Shown: in pieces, positions 48,874-60,600 of the stretch
Position numbering within the stretch: position 1 is the stretch's first letter
How the letters are laid out: each line of letters opens with the position of its first letter
Virus record (IMG/VR): IMGVR_UViG_3300042975_000037
Direction: 5' to 3' (one strand)
Length of the DNA stretch: 64,000 nucleotides
Source: an uncultured virus (IMG/VR IMGVR_UViG_3300042975_000037)
Lineage: Duplodnaviria; Heunggongvirae; Uroviricota; Caudoviricetes
Notes under the pieces: generated by a model
Told to the model about the DNA's origin: nothing
Seen by the model: the letters and a program-made list of their open reading frames with translations, nothing else
Databases searched by the model: none
Position numbers and translations under genes: made by a program

Positions 48874-49446
48874 ATGGATTGTGCAGGAATCAAGAAGATT
48901 GTATATGACGATCCGGGCGTTATTACCGCAGCTTTGACCACAGCTACTGCCAAGACGATCATTCAGGCTGCTATTGCTGCTGGCAAGGTAGTACCTAATG
49001 TGCATCAGGATACATGGAGCCTTGATGAGGCAGAGAGTGCACCTACCGGATATTCTAACCAGTTGAATGGCAAGAAGTATCGTTATGATAGACCGGCTGC
49101 AGGTGATCTTACTCCCGGATTCACGATCGGAGAGTATGATTATAAGACCAAGTCCGAATTTATGGGCGGATCTGTGGTTGTAGATGCAAACAAGAAAATT
49201 GTAGGATGGTCACGTGGAGATAAGGCTGCTATTCACAAGGTTCTTTTTTGTCTGACTGATGATGATGTGTGGTTTATCTTCCCGAACTGCTATATCGACG
49301 CCCGTGAGGCCAATACTGACAAGGCTGTTGCTATTGCAGTAAAGGCGTATGCACAGGAGTCATCCGTTGCAGGTGTGGCTTCGGAATATGATTTTGACGA
49401 AAGTGCAGTAGGAGCATTACAGGCTGTTGCACCGGCAAATTCTTAA
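48874..49446 (+). CDS. major tail (tube) protein
   Basis: 190 aa; NVHQDTW; position before the chaperone; followed by a terminator (49471-49504). Confidence 0.7.
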   Translation: MDCAGIKKIVYDDPGVITAALTTATAKTIIQAAIAAGKVVPNVHQDTWSLDEAESAPTGYSNQLNGKKYRYDRPAAGDLTPGFTIGEYDYKTKSEFMGGSVVVDANKKIVGWSRGDKAAIHKVLFCLTDDDVWFIFPNCYIDAREANTDKAVAIAVKAYAQESSVAGVASEYDFDESAVGALQAVAPANS

Positions 49447-49516
49447 TTTCGTTTTAGTTGTTTTACTTTTCGGGTGGTGGCATGATTTGTCCCCGCCCGT
49501 TTTAAATTAGGTTATT

Positions 49517-50109
49517 ATGGATCATAGTGCAAGAGTAATAAGTGATGCGATTGTCGGAAATGATTTCAAGACCGTCTTCGTGAACGGTAAGGCGTATACT
49601 CTTGATCCCCCTACGATAATCAAGATAGCTGGCGCAACGTCCTGTCTGTCAAGGGTGGAAATGGATGATAAGGCACAAACGATCAAGGAACTGCTTATGT
49701 CATGCAAGGATGCGAAGAATTATGCAAGGGCATTGTCATGGCTGATAGAAGGAGATGATAAGTTGACTGATGAACTTTCTGAAGGTACTTATGAAGAAGT
49801 TATCAATGCCCTCTGTGATGGGTTCGATTTACTCTCTCCACAGGTTTTTTACAAAGCTGCCAGTTTGATGAAGACCGCAAGCCAACTGACAGCAAGTCAC
49901 AAGTAGAATTATCGGGCGGAAGGACGTTGCTCGGCCTTATTGCAACGTTCATGGATACATTACACCTGACCTATGACGAAGTGGTCAACAGGATACCGTA
50001 TCGGAATATGATCATAATGCAACGTGACAAGCAACATGAGGCACTCTATGGTAAGGTGCACAGGATAAGTGGAAAGGAGCTTGCCAATAGGCATAGAAAT
50101 GGAAGATAA
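49517..50109 (+). CDS. tail assembly chaperone pair (49517-49906 plus -1 frameshift extension to 50109)
   Basis: GGTTTTTTA at 49843-49851; the -1 frame is open from there to 50109 (..ELSGGRTLLGLIATFMD..PYRN..). Confidence 0.65.
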
Positions 50110-50174
50110 TGTGAAAAAGAACTGTTTTTATTATTTTATTTACGGATCAAGGTGGTCAAAATGACCGCCTTTTT

Positions 50175-50248
50175 TCCTTACAATGGCTTCATTGTAAGTA
50201 TTTTCTTTTCAATTTCATCAATTCTAAATTCTTCTTTAGGTAACTTTG
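50175..50248 (+). promoter_or_regulatory. late promoter, copy 3 (tape-measure operon)
   Basis: TCCTTACA-N10-TGTAAGTA, 40 nt, TAACTTTG (50241); directly after a terminator at 50149-50176. Confidence 0.72.
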
Positions 50249-50262
50249 TCTAAAAAGGAATT

Positions 50263-50658
50263 ATGGAGTTTACGGGTGACACATCAGGGCTTGACGAGCT
50301 GGAAAAGCAGCTTGATAATGCCTATTTTGGTGGTCTTTCCAAAATAGGAAGGGACGCAACAAGAAATGCCCGTATTCAGGGGAAATACCAAAACCATACT
50401 GGCAACCTTCGCAATGGCAATGGCGGTTGTGTAGTCCGTGACGGTCAGATCGTAGATTTATGGGTGAATAATGACGGGGCACATCCTGATGCGATGGAAA
50501 ATACTCGCAATCTCCTTATTTACTCAGAGAAACAGGGTGACGGACTCTACCTTGCGAATGGTATGGAATATGCTTCATATGTTGAGAGTAAAGGATTTGA
50601 TGTGATAATGTCCAATGGCCTTCTTTATGCAAAAAGGCAGATTGAAAAGAAAATATAA
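50263..50658 (+). CDS. HK97 gp10-like tail completion protein
   Basis: YQNHTGNLR..GMEYASYVESKGFDV. Confidence 0.7.
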   Translation: MEFTGDTSGLDELEKQLDNAYFGGLSKIGRDATRNARIQGKYQNHTGNLRNGNGGCVVRDGQIVDLWVNNDGAHPDAMENTRNLLIYSEKQGDGLYLANGMEYASYVESKGFDVIMSNGLLYAKRQIEKKI

Positions 50659-50660
50659 TT

Positions 50661-53600
50661 ATGGCTGGAATAATAGCGAACACAGACGGAGATATACAGA
50701 AACTCCGTGCATTGAAGAATGAGATTGAGAATGTCAAGAAATCCCTCAAGGGTATCAACGTGAAAGTTGATATTGACATCAAGGAGCAGGCTGAGAAAAG
50801 GCTGCAAGAACTCACTAAGGAATATGATGAACTCGGCAGGAAGGTTTCTGAGACTACTGCCAAGATTGACAGGTCAGCACAGAACATAATCAATGCTACC
50901 AGCAAAATAACACAGGCGCAGGAGAAACTCTCCAAGGCAGCTATGGGTACTTCTTCCGGAAAGGCTAATGCCGATACATCCGGGACGAAGGCACAGACGG
51001 AATCCGTAAAGGCACAGGCTAAGGCTTATCTTGATTTGAAAGATGATATAGATGCCGTGCTGGGAACGAGAGAAGATAATATTCACAGGATGGTAGAGGA
51101 GCAGAATGCCATCCGCCTTATCAATGCAGAGATAAGTCGTATTAACAAATCCGAACAATGGAGTGGAGATCTTTCATCTGCGCAGAAAGCACGCCTTGAT
51201 GCGCTGAATAATTCCCTTTTGCAGCATAAGACTGCACTTTCAGAGGTCAGACAGTCCCTTGCGAACAATGCTAAGATGGACATATCGGCAGCTACGAGCA
51301 TGAATGAGATGTCTCAGTCCCTTTCGAGAATGAGGATAGCCTACAGGTCTCTTTCCGAAGAGGAGAGAAACTCACCTTTCGGCAAGGAACTTCTTGCTTC
51401 TATTCAACAGGCGGATGCGAAGATAAAGGAACTCGATTCAAGTATTGGAAATAATCAGAGGAACGTCGGCAATTACAAGATGGCATGGAATGGTCTTGAT
51501 ATATCCGTGCAACAGATTGTAAGGGAGCTGCCATCATTGAAGATGGGTATTAATATGTTCTTTCTCGCCATATCCAATAACTTGCCTATTCTGACTGATG
51601 AGATCAAGCGGACACGTGAGATGAATGCTGCAATGAAGGCAGCCGGCAAGGAGCCTGTACCTGTATGGAAACAGCTTACAAAATCTTTGTTTAGCTGGCA
51701 GACAGTGATGATGGTGGGAATTACCTTGCTAACAATGTACGGGAAGGATATTGTAAACTGGGTAAAGAACCTTCGTAAGGGTAACGAGGCACTGGAAGAT
51801 GCTACGGCAGCAGCCAAGGCCCATGCAGCAGCTGTGAAGAAGATGCATCAGGAGTGGACTGATAGCGTGGCGGAATCCGCCAGTAAGCAGATTTCTGAAT
51901 ATATGAAACTGCAAAGAGAATGGAATGCCCTTGGAAACGACATGAGGAAAAAGGAGTTCTTTATCCGTGCTAACCAGAGTGCATTCAATGACCTTGGCTT
52001 TTCCGTTAATAATGTAACCCAGGCGGAGAGTGTCATGGTCAAGAATACGTCTCTTGTGGTACAGGCTATCATGGCTCGTGCAGAGGCAGCAGCATATGAG
52101 GATGAGATGACGAAATCCCTTAAAAGAAGGATTGAACAGACAGAAAATAACAAAAGGACTGTAAAGGGTGGCGGATATTACCATCGTGTTAATAAGGGCA
52201 AAAAATATAATATCGGGGATGATAATCTAAAAGGACTTAAAGAGGGCGTGGACTATGTAAACAGTGAGAGTGCATTTGCATATAATCCAAATCATACCCT
52301 TACCTACACCCTTACTTCATCAGGAGCAGCAAAAATAAATAGGAAAAGAAATCGTGAATCTTTTACGAAACTGAAGCGTAACAATAAGCGTGCGTATGAT
52401 GAGTATAATAGCGACATGAAGGATCTGACTTCCGACCTTACTAATACTGTTAAGAGGCAGAATAAACTTATCACTCGGATAGGTGTTCCCAAATACAATA
52501 AGAATGACTACCAGCAGGAGCAGAAGCTGATACCCGTGCGGTAGAAGCAACGGCGGAGAGGAAACATTTGGCAGCAGAGCGTCGTGCAGAGCATCGTGAG
52601 GAAGCAGATAGGAAGAGAAAGGAAGCCAATGCACAGAAAGAAGCTGCCTCGGAAGAGAGGGTGTCTGAAATCAAGACGAAAGCCCAGCTTGACAGTGAGA
52701 GGAAAGACCGTGATTTGTCTTATGATACCACACAGGCTGAAATTGACGCAATGCGTGATGGATCTGAGAAGAAGTTACGGCAACTTGACCTCGATAAGAC
52801 GAAGGAACTTGATAAGGTTAATCGTGACTATGAGGATCTGCGCCAGGCTCGTATAGACAATGCCAAGAAATTGTGGGGTGCATCAAGAAAGAAGGGGAAT
52901 TTCTATAAAAGTTCCGCCTATACCTATGCAGCCAGTGATGACCGTTATACTGATGCGCAGAAAGGAAACAGGAAAGCTCATATCTCTGCCGTATATGCCA
53001 CTTACAACAAGGGCGTGTATGACGAATCATCCGCTTTAGAGAAATCCATGAACGATTATCTGAAAGCCTTTGGAAGTGTACAGCAGCAGAGAGCTGCAAT
53101 AGCTGCCGAATATGACCAGAAGATTGCCGAGACGGCTGATGTATGGGCAAAGCGGACACTGGAGCAGCAGAAGGAAACTGCCGTTTCCATATTTGACTTT
53201 AGCCAGTTCAAGAAGTCAATCAACTGGGAGGAAGTGTTCGGCAATCTATCCGATTTATCTTTAAAGACCTTGCGTGATCTGAAGGTAAAGATGCAAAAGG
53301 AACTTTCGCAGGATATGAATCCTACCGACTACAAAACAATTGTTGACAGTATTAATCAGATTGACGATCAGATAAGTAAGAAAGGGCACAAATTATCTAC
53401 TTTCTTAGGTATCAATGTTCCCGAGCTTGATCGGATTAAGCGTGCACAGGAAGATGTAATTACTTATCAGAAGCAGCTTAATGACCTGTTGATACAACAA
53501 CATAATATCGAGACCGGAATAGCCGTTGACCAGCAGGCAGCCACGAATATTCTTGCCAATGGAGGGGTGGAGGTCAATCCGTCTGAAATTACCGAGAAGA

Positions 53601-55207
53601 ACAGGCAGAAAATTCTATCCTATGCATCTTCTCCCGACAAGAAGGCACAGATTCAGAAGATATTTGATGATATTATAAAAGATCAAAAGGATTTAGCGGA
53701 CAATAAGCAAAATCAGCAGTCAACGGCCAGCAGAAAGACACTTGCGGAGTCTGTTGCTAATACCAAGGGATTTGACAGGATTAAGGCAGGTTCAGAGTGG
53801 ATTTCCCAACAGTATGATAAAGGTATAGGGCAGAATATCCAAAGTCTGCCTATGGCCTTGAAAAACTTAGGGGTAAAGGAAAATTCTGGACTTTACAAAG
53901 GAATGGAACAGTTTGCTCAAGCGTCCAACGATGTATCTAATGCTTTTAAATCACTTGTGAGCGGTGATGTTGTCGGTACAATAGGTAATATAGCAGGCGC
54001 TTTCAAATCTTTGGGAAATTCTGTCGTCACATGGTTCGGCCTTGACGGTAATAATGCAAAGCGGATCAAGAGATGGCAGAACACTGTGGAGAAATACCAG
54101 CAACTTGATAAGGTATGGGATTCCCTTATCCAAAAGAAGAAAGAGTATCTCAATATGTCGTGGGGTAGTGAAGCCGATAAGACAGAGAAGGAGATACAGA
54201 AACTTATGAAGGCTGAAAACGAAGGGACAAAGGCGGAAGCTGAATCATGGCTGAACACCAAAGCTAAGCACCATGCAGCATCTCACACCCAGTGGACTTG
54301 GATGAGCAGACATTGGGGAGGACAGCAGGGATTTGACAATGTCGTATCAGATTTGAATGCAAAAGGGTTTACAAAGGATGCTAATGGCGATAAGATAAGC
54401 ATTAGCAGTGTAATGGATTTCTTTAAACTGACTGAGGATGAGTTGTATCAGGTAAAAGAAGATTTCCATGACATTTGGGCTACTCAGGATACAACCTTTT
54501 CTGGTTATCTTGATAATTATATCAAGGGGTTGTCTAATATGACGGACGCTTCACAAAATGCAGTAGACAAAGTAGTGGGTTCTGTATCAGACCTCTCCTC
54601 TTCAATGGAGAATCTTGCTAAATCCTCAAAGACTACGGTCGCAGACGTTTCAAATTCATTTAATGATCTGTACAACAATGAAGTGTGGCAGGGACTGACT
54701 CAAGAAGGCACAGATTATTATACCAAGATGGTCCAATTCCAAAAAGATTTCAAGAAATCAGAAGATAATAAAACTCTTGAAAAGGATGCGTCAGCACTCA
54801 AAAAGGAATATCTTGATGCTTATAAAGAAGCAAAAGATAAGTATGATTCTATCACTTCAGCAGCAGGAACAGATACTTCCGAGCAGAGTGCTACTGCAAA
54901 TGGTATCTCTTCTATCTCATACGAACAGGCAAGCGATATTGAAGGTATTGCCACGGCTATAAATGTGGAAGTCAGCCAGATGAATGCAAAGGGTGATACG
55001 CATGTATCTATAATTAACGCTACATTAGAGGATATGGCAGCGCAAGGATCAGTATTGAATCAAATAGCAGATAATACACGAGACCTTATTGCGAAAGGAT
55101 ATACTGAGTTGAAGGGTATACATAATGATACTTCTTCGATAGATAAAAGAATCGAGGATATGGCTTCGGATGTATCTGATATAAAGAAGAATGTAAAGAA
55201 TATGTAA
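50661..55207 (+). CDS. tail tape-measure protein; one frameshift at ~52507-52540
   Basis: Coiled-coil; RNVGNY, QQIVRELPS..FFLAISNNLP; ORFs 50661-52544 and 52568-55207 overlap in different frames. Confidence 0.85.
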
Positions 55208-55209
55208 TT

Positions 55210-55626
55210 ATGGCAGATTTATTGATTAACGGCAAGGATGCTTATGCAATATACGGTGTGAGAATGGGTGACGACTTTCTGGACGCATTAGGGGCGTCGG
55301 CTCCTCTCAAAGGCTATGTGACTAATGACAATCGTCTTGAGAACGGAGTTAGATATTCAAATTCCACCCCGAAAATTGACGAACGGTCAGTAACACTTAT
55401 CTTCACTATTGAGGGTAGCGATCACACAGATTTCTTAGCAAAGAAGAAAGCATTTAACAATGTCCTGTATGCTGGGGGAGTGGATATTTGCGTTCCTTCT
55501 GACAGCTCAGATGTCTATCACTTGAAATATACGGGCACATCAGTGACTTATGCGCAAAATTTAGAGCGTACCTTTGCCAAGATAAGTGCTTCATTCAAGG
55601 AGCCCGATCCGACGAACAGACAATAA
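55210..55626 (+). CDS. distal tail protein-like
   Basis: LLINGKDAY..YGV..KEPDP; follows the tape measure. Confidence 0.65.
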   Translation: MADLLINGKDAYAIYGVRMGDDFLDALGASAPLKGYVTNDNRLENGVRYSNSTPKIDERSVTLIFTIEGSDHTDFLAKKKAFNNVLYAGGVDICVPSDSSDVYHLKYTGTSVTYAQNLERTFAKISASFKEPDPTNRQ

Positions 55627-55658
55627 AGCTATTGTAAGTAATAAATTGTATTTTTCAT

Positions 55659-55690
55659 AAAAGGGGTGTAACTTTGAAGTCACCCCTTTC
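55659..55690. terminator. bidirectional terminator
   Basis: AAAGGGGTG..CACCCCTTT between convergent genes. Confidence 0.6.
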
Positions 55691-55703
55691 TATTTCTATA
55701 ATA

Positions 55704-56714
55704 TTATTTACCTAATATCATATTGGACAACATTTGAACCTTACTTCTAAATTCTGAAATAATATTTTCTTCTTTATAAGTTATTCCCTGTATATTTTCT
55801 CCACATTTGCTACAATATTTGTTATTAATATCATTCTTATGCCCATTTGGACAAATATAAACATCTTGTTCCTTCCCGAACATCCCAAGTTTTGCGTTGG
55901 TGATTTGGCCTTTATTTGGTAAATCATCTAATTTGGCAAGTAGAATCTGCATATCTTTCAGATCTTCACAAGTATAAAACTCTTTTTCTGTCTCAAGTAA
56001 TTTAATAGCATAATGTAGATCATCATCTATTAATTTTGTTACAGATTTAGCATCAAATAACTTGCAACTCTTTATTACAAGAACTAATGTATCCTTATAT
56101 TTGGGGAAAAGATTATATAAATAAGGGATAGAAAGAGACGGATCTATTTTTCTTATATATTCAATTACCCTTTTAGTATCTGTACCATCAGAATAATATA
56201 ATTTCAGCATTTTTTCTACTAAAGATAATTGGGGATCTCTCATAATACTCTCCCATGTTGGTTGAGAAAGAAAATTTATGCCATTCTCTTTTACATATTC
56301 AACATTCTTTTTTGTTTCTAATTTATTGATCAAATCATCTGGATATACAATTTTCTCTTCTTTAATATCATTTTTAAATCTATTCTCTATTAAACATGCA
56401 GTTCCTGTGGCTGAAATCATCAGCATGCCTTTGCCTTTTCCGGAAATCTCGTCAAAGTCGATTCGAAAACCGACAATAGCATTTGCTCCCAAGGCTTTTG
56501 CTTTTTTAGTTAAGCTGTCTTTAGCTGATTTATACATCAAATCCATTTTGTTCTGGTAAGTTCCAGAATTACCCCCAAATATATCAGTAAATGAAGCTGC
56601 TATATCTGAGAATAAATTTGTGCCTATTACAATATTAGAATTTACAACGCCCAAATAATCTTTTATAGGGCAACTTTCTATATTGCCTGTTGTAGTAATG
56701 ATAAATCTTTCCAT
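55704..56714 (-). CDS. YbjQ/UPF0145-domain protein with C-terminal zinc ribbon (moron)
   Basis: ITTTGNIE..YLGVV..DIFGG.S..Y..AKALGANAIVGFRID..SATGTA; CPNGHKN..CSKCG. Confidence 0.85.
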   Translation of the reverse strand: MERFIITTTGNIESCPIKDYLGVVNSNIVIGTNLFSDIAASFTDIFGGNSGTYQNKMDLMYKSAKDSLTKKAKALGANAIVGFRIDFDEISGKGKGMLMISATGTACLIENRFKNDIKEEKIVYPDDLINKLETKKNVEYVKENGINFLSQPTWESIMRDPQLSLVEKMLKLYYSDGTDTKRVIEYIRKIDPSLSIPYLYNLFPKYKDTLVLVIKSCKLFDAKSVTKLIDDDLHYAIKLLETEKEFYTCEDLKDMQILLAKLDDLPNKGQITNAKLGMFGKEQDVYICPNGHKNDINNKYCSKCGENIQGITYKEENIISEFRSKVQMLSNMILGK

Positions 56715-56735
56715 GAAAAACATTTATTTAAATAT

Positions 56736-57326
56736 CTATTTCTCTTTATAATCAGAAATATTCCATTCTGCATCAACATATTCATCACCATTCGGATGTG
56801 AAGGTATTTTTACGGTAATTATAGAGTTTTTTGTAATCGTAAATTCTTTATAAACTACTGTTTCCAACGGATAATCATCAGAAGTAATAACAATCATATA
56901 TTTTCCGGATTTTAAAGTTCCGTCAGCATTTTTTACCGACAGATCATCATTAAAAAATACATTATAACTATATGGTTTATTACCACTTTTATGCAATTCT
57001 CCATCATGAATAGATGCATACTTTGATATAGGAAATATCGTACAATCCTCACCAAAAGAATTCTCATAATGATAATATGGTGGAGATACTGAACCATCCA
57101 ACCACCAAGCAAGCAAAGGTTTCCCTTTTATAACAGTATCTCCGTCCTGTTTATAGAAAATATATACATTTCCTTCAGGTCTTACAACTGCATCGCTTGT
57201 AACATTAAACTCTAAAAATGAAAATGTATTTTTACTCGAATCATCTCCATCATCACCGCCCGAACATGCTGAAAAAGCAAACACAATGGCAAATGCCATC
57301 ATCATAAAAAATAAAGTTTTCTTCAT
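56736..57326 (-). CDS. lipoprotein (moron)
   Basis: MKKTLFF..FAFSA-CSGGDDGDDS lipobox with an acidic stretch after the Cys. Confidence 0.75.
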   Translation of the reverse strand: MKKTLFFMMMAFAIVFAFSACSGGDDGDDSSKNTFSFLEFNVTSDAVVRPEGNVYIFYKQDGDTVIKGKPLLAWWLDGSVSPPYYHYENSFGEDCTIFPISKYASIHDGELHKSGNKPYSYNVFFNDDLSVKNADGTLKSGKYMIVITSDDYPLETVVYKEFTITKNSIITVKIPSHPNGDEYVDAEWNISDYKEK

Positions 57327-57513
57327 TATCCGTAAAATTAGTAGCGCAAATATAGCATTTTATCTGCTAATAACCAAAAAGAAAAGATAAAATTATTAAT
57401 AAAAAGGAAGACTATTTTTGAGGGTAAGCAGCCTTAAATAACTATTCTGTGGGCTTTGCCGTGTAATACCTCGTGCTGTTTGTCTCGCTGCATTACGATA
57501 AGAAAAAAGAGAA

Positions 57514-57587
57514 TACTTACAATGAGCCAGTTGTAAGTAACTCTTCGCAAACTGACTTCAGATTATCCGTTCCATTACGTAATTTTG
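57514..57587 (+). promoter_or_regulatory. late promoter, copy 5 (tail tip/fibre and lysis genes)
   Basis: TACTTACA-N10-TGTAAGTA, 40 nt, TAATTTTG (57580). Confidence 0.75.
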
Positions 57588-57604
57588 TCCTAAAGCGCAA
57601 TGAA

Positions 57605-60600
57605 ATGGACATTTACGGAATAGATGATAAGGTCATACTTTCGGCGATTTTGACAAAGGATGCCGAACATGAAGAGGAGATGATGAAATCCGACTTCGTG
57701 AAATTGTCGTGGAAATCAGCTAATAAGGTAAGACTTCCGGCCGGATCATACATCGTTCCTTTTTCTGACGGTCTCAAATATCGTCTTTTCAAGCCTTATG
57801 AGCCTGAGCAGACCGATTCCGCCACATGGAAGTATGAACCACAGTTCCAACACCCTAAAATGTGGCTTTCAAAGTTGCCGTTTACCTCAACTGTTCCCGA
57901 TACGGATAATACAACACATGAGCAACTTGAATGGAGCTATACAGGCATTCTGACGACTCTTTTACAGAAAGTATGTGACTTTATCAATAATCTTTTTGGT
58001 CTTTCCGGTGATGATAAGTTTACTTATACCATAGTTGGAAATGCAGATACGACCGTATCATTATCATGTAGTAATGTTGATGTGCTTTCTGCGCTTTCTT
58101 CTATTGCATCAGCATGTAAGGATTATACGTGTGAGTGGCATTTAGACTGGAACAACAAGGCACTCTACTTCGGCCAGATTGCATATAACAACGGCGAGGG
58201 GACTACTCCGGTATTGAAGGTTGGCGACAACGTGGAGAAAACGTCTGTCAACAGGCCTTCGGAAGGGTATTATAATGTCTTTCGTCCGCAAGGATCTACA
58301 AAGAATATGTCTAAAAGACTTGATACGGGAGAAAATGTATCAAGCAGTCTGAGACTGGAACTCAACAAGAAGGACTATCCCGATGGCGTGATTGATATGC
58401 GCACGGATCCTAAAGAGCCCAAGATGGAGCTCGGCCTTATCTTCGATGATGATTATCCTCATGTTGATCTCTATGCCTACAATGTTCGTAAGAGGACGAT
58501 GTACATTAAGGACACTTCCACCGGAAAGTACATGAAGGACAGTGCCGGGAACTATATCCTCAAGACAATATGGTATATGCGCCTTGCCTATCCGACTTAT
58601 GACACAGACGGAAAAGTAACGGGCTGGACGGATTACGTGGTAGACAAAAAGCAGGTATTAGCAGGCTATACCCTTTGTGGGACATTCAAGGCAAATACTC
58701 ATGATGGCGCACTTGCGTCAACGCTTGTTGGCCTTCCTTCCAATGCAGACGGATTTGAGATCAAATATCATGATGGTGCAGAAACCATTTATCCCAATAC
58801 GACTTCGGGCGATTCAGGTATGGACGTGCTCCTCGGAGATTACGAGATAATGCCTGTTACCGCTGGAAATGATAGCACCTTTGTCCCTTCCAACGAATCA
58901 GACGCCCTTATCCCACGTGGTGAAAGTACGCCTTCCCTGAAAGGAAATATAGTTGTCCTGTATAATATTGCTATGGGTGATGCAGAGATAGCATCCGCAC
59001 AGGATGATTTGAAGAATGACGCCCTGAAAAAGATAGCACAGAAACGTGCAGACCAGAATAACTATACATTCAGCTCCGATCCGACAGTATTCGAGAAATC
59101 AAATCCCGGACTGTATATTGGCAGAACGGTAACTTATAATGACAATAACGGCTATACTCTTTCAACGAGAGTATTGAAGCTCGTAACGAAGTTGGACCAT
59201 CCTTATGAGCAGGAGATTACGGTCGGAAATCAGCGGATCAATGGCCCTGTAACTCAACTAAAAGAGGATGTAAAGACTGTTTTGTCTGGAGATTGGGAAG
59301 GAGCCGGTCTGAATCCCACACAAGTTAAGAATCTCATAAGCAATTATACTTCTATCCGCTATCTATCCAAGACCACAGATGATACCGCAGCAGGCAACAT
59401 AAAGTTCCTGAAGGGACTGCAAATTGGTGATACTTTCACGAGCGGTTCAGAAGGCGGAGTGTTCAGGAAAGATGCAGACGGAAAGACCTATATCGAAGTA
59501 GATAAGGCCTATATCCGCACGAAGGCCATCTTTGACACTCTGGAGATACGGAAGTTTGAGGGAGCATCCGGAAACAGGATCATGTCTGATGCAAAGATGA
59601 AGTGCACGAGGGTTGAGAATGTCACTGAAACAGACAACTCCGCTGCCTACAGATGTTATTTCAAAGGTTCTGACGGTGATGATACGATCAGTAATGATTT
59701 CGTTGTCGGTGACCTCGCCTTCTGCAAGAAACAGACGGCCGGAAGTACGCATTATTTCTGGCGCAAAGTAGTTGCGGTCGGAACAGCAGTCAATGCGAAC
59801 AATGAACTGTACATAGACCTTTCTAATGTTTCCGGGGAATATGACACGGACAGTGACGCTCCTCTTGTTCAGGACGACATCATTCAGTTGGGTAACGTAA
59901 GCGATTCCACGAGACAGGGCGCAATAATCGAGTATACTTCCGGAGAGGATTCGCCTTCTTATAAAATCTATCAGGGTATTAAGACATTCTCTCTTGCTGG
60001 TTGTGATATACTCTCTATGGGCTATAATTCTGCCACGGGCAAGGCTTGTATGAGGGTCTACGGAGAAGCCTACATAGGAGCAAAAGACAAGAAATCATAT
60101 ATCGAATTTGATGGAACGGCTGTAAAGATTGTCGGTGATGTGTCTATGAGCACCGTTGACGATTCAGGAGGTAATTCTACTCCTATAGCAACTGCCATCA
60201 ATAATGCTCAGAAGAATGCCACGGATGCGAAGAAAGCAGCCGGGAACGCCGTGACAAATACCACCAGCGAGTATGCCCAAAGCGACAGTGCTACTACGGC
60301 ACCCACAAGCGGATGGAGTACGACATCGCCGACATGGAAACAGGGGTATTATATCTGGGTACGGACAACTATAAAGTATGGTGACGGAACATCTAATACA
60401 TTAGATCCGGTTGTCCTTACAGGTAATACTGGAGGTATCGGACCGGTTGGCCCTACTGGCCCGAAAGGAGACACAGGAGCAACAGGACCGCAAGGACCTA
60501 AAGGCAATACCGGTGCGCAGGGCATACAAGGTCTGCAAGGTTTGCAAGGAGATAAAGGCGATCAAGGTATAAAGGGCGAAAAAGGCGATACCGGAGCAAC

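Noticed and set aside
57473..57604. N-terminal extension of the fibre ORF (GTG start)
   Set aside because: It overlaps the late promoter; ATG at 57605 is the better start.
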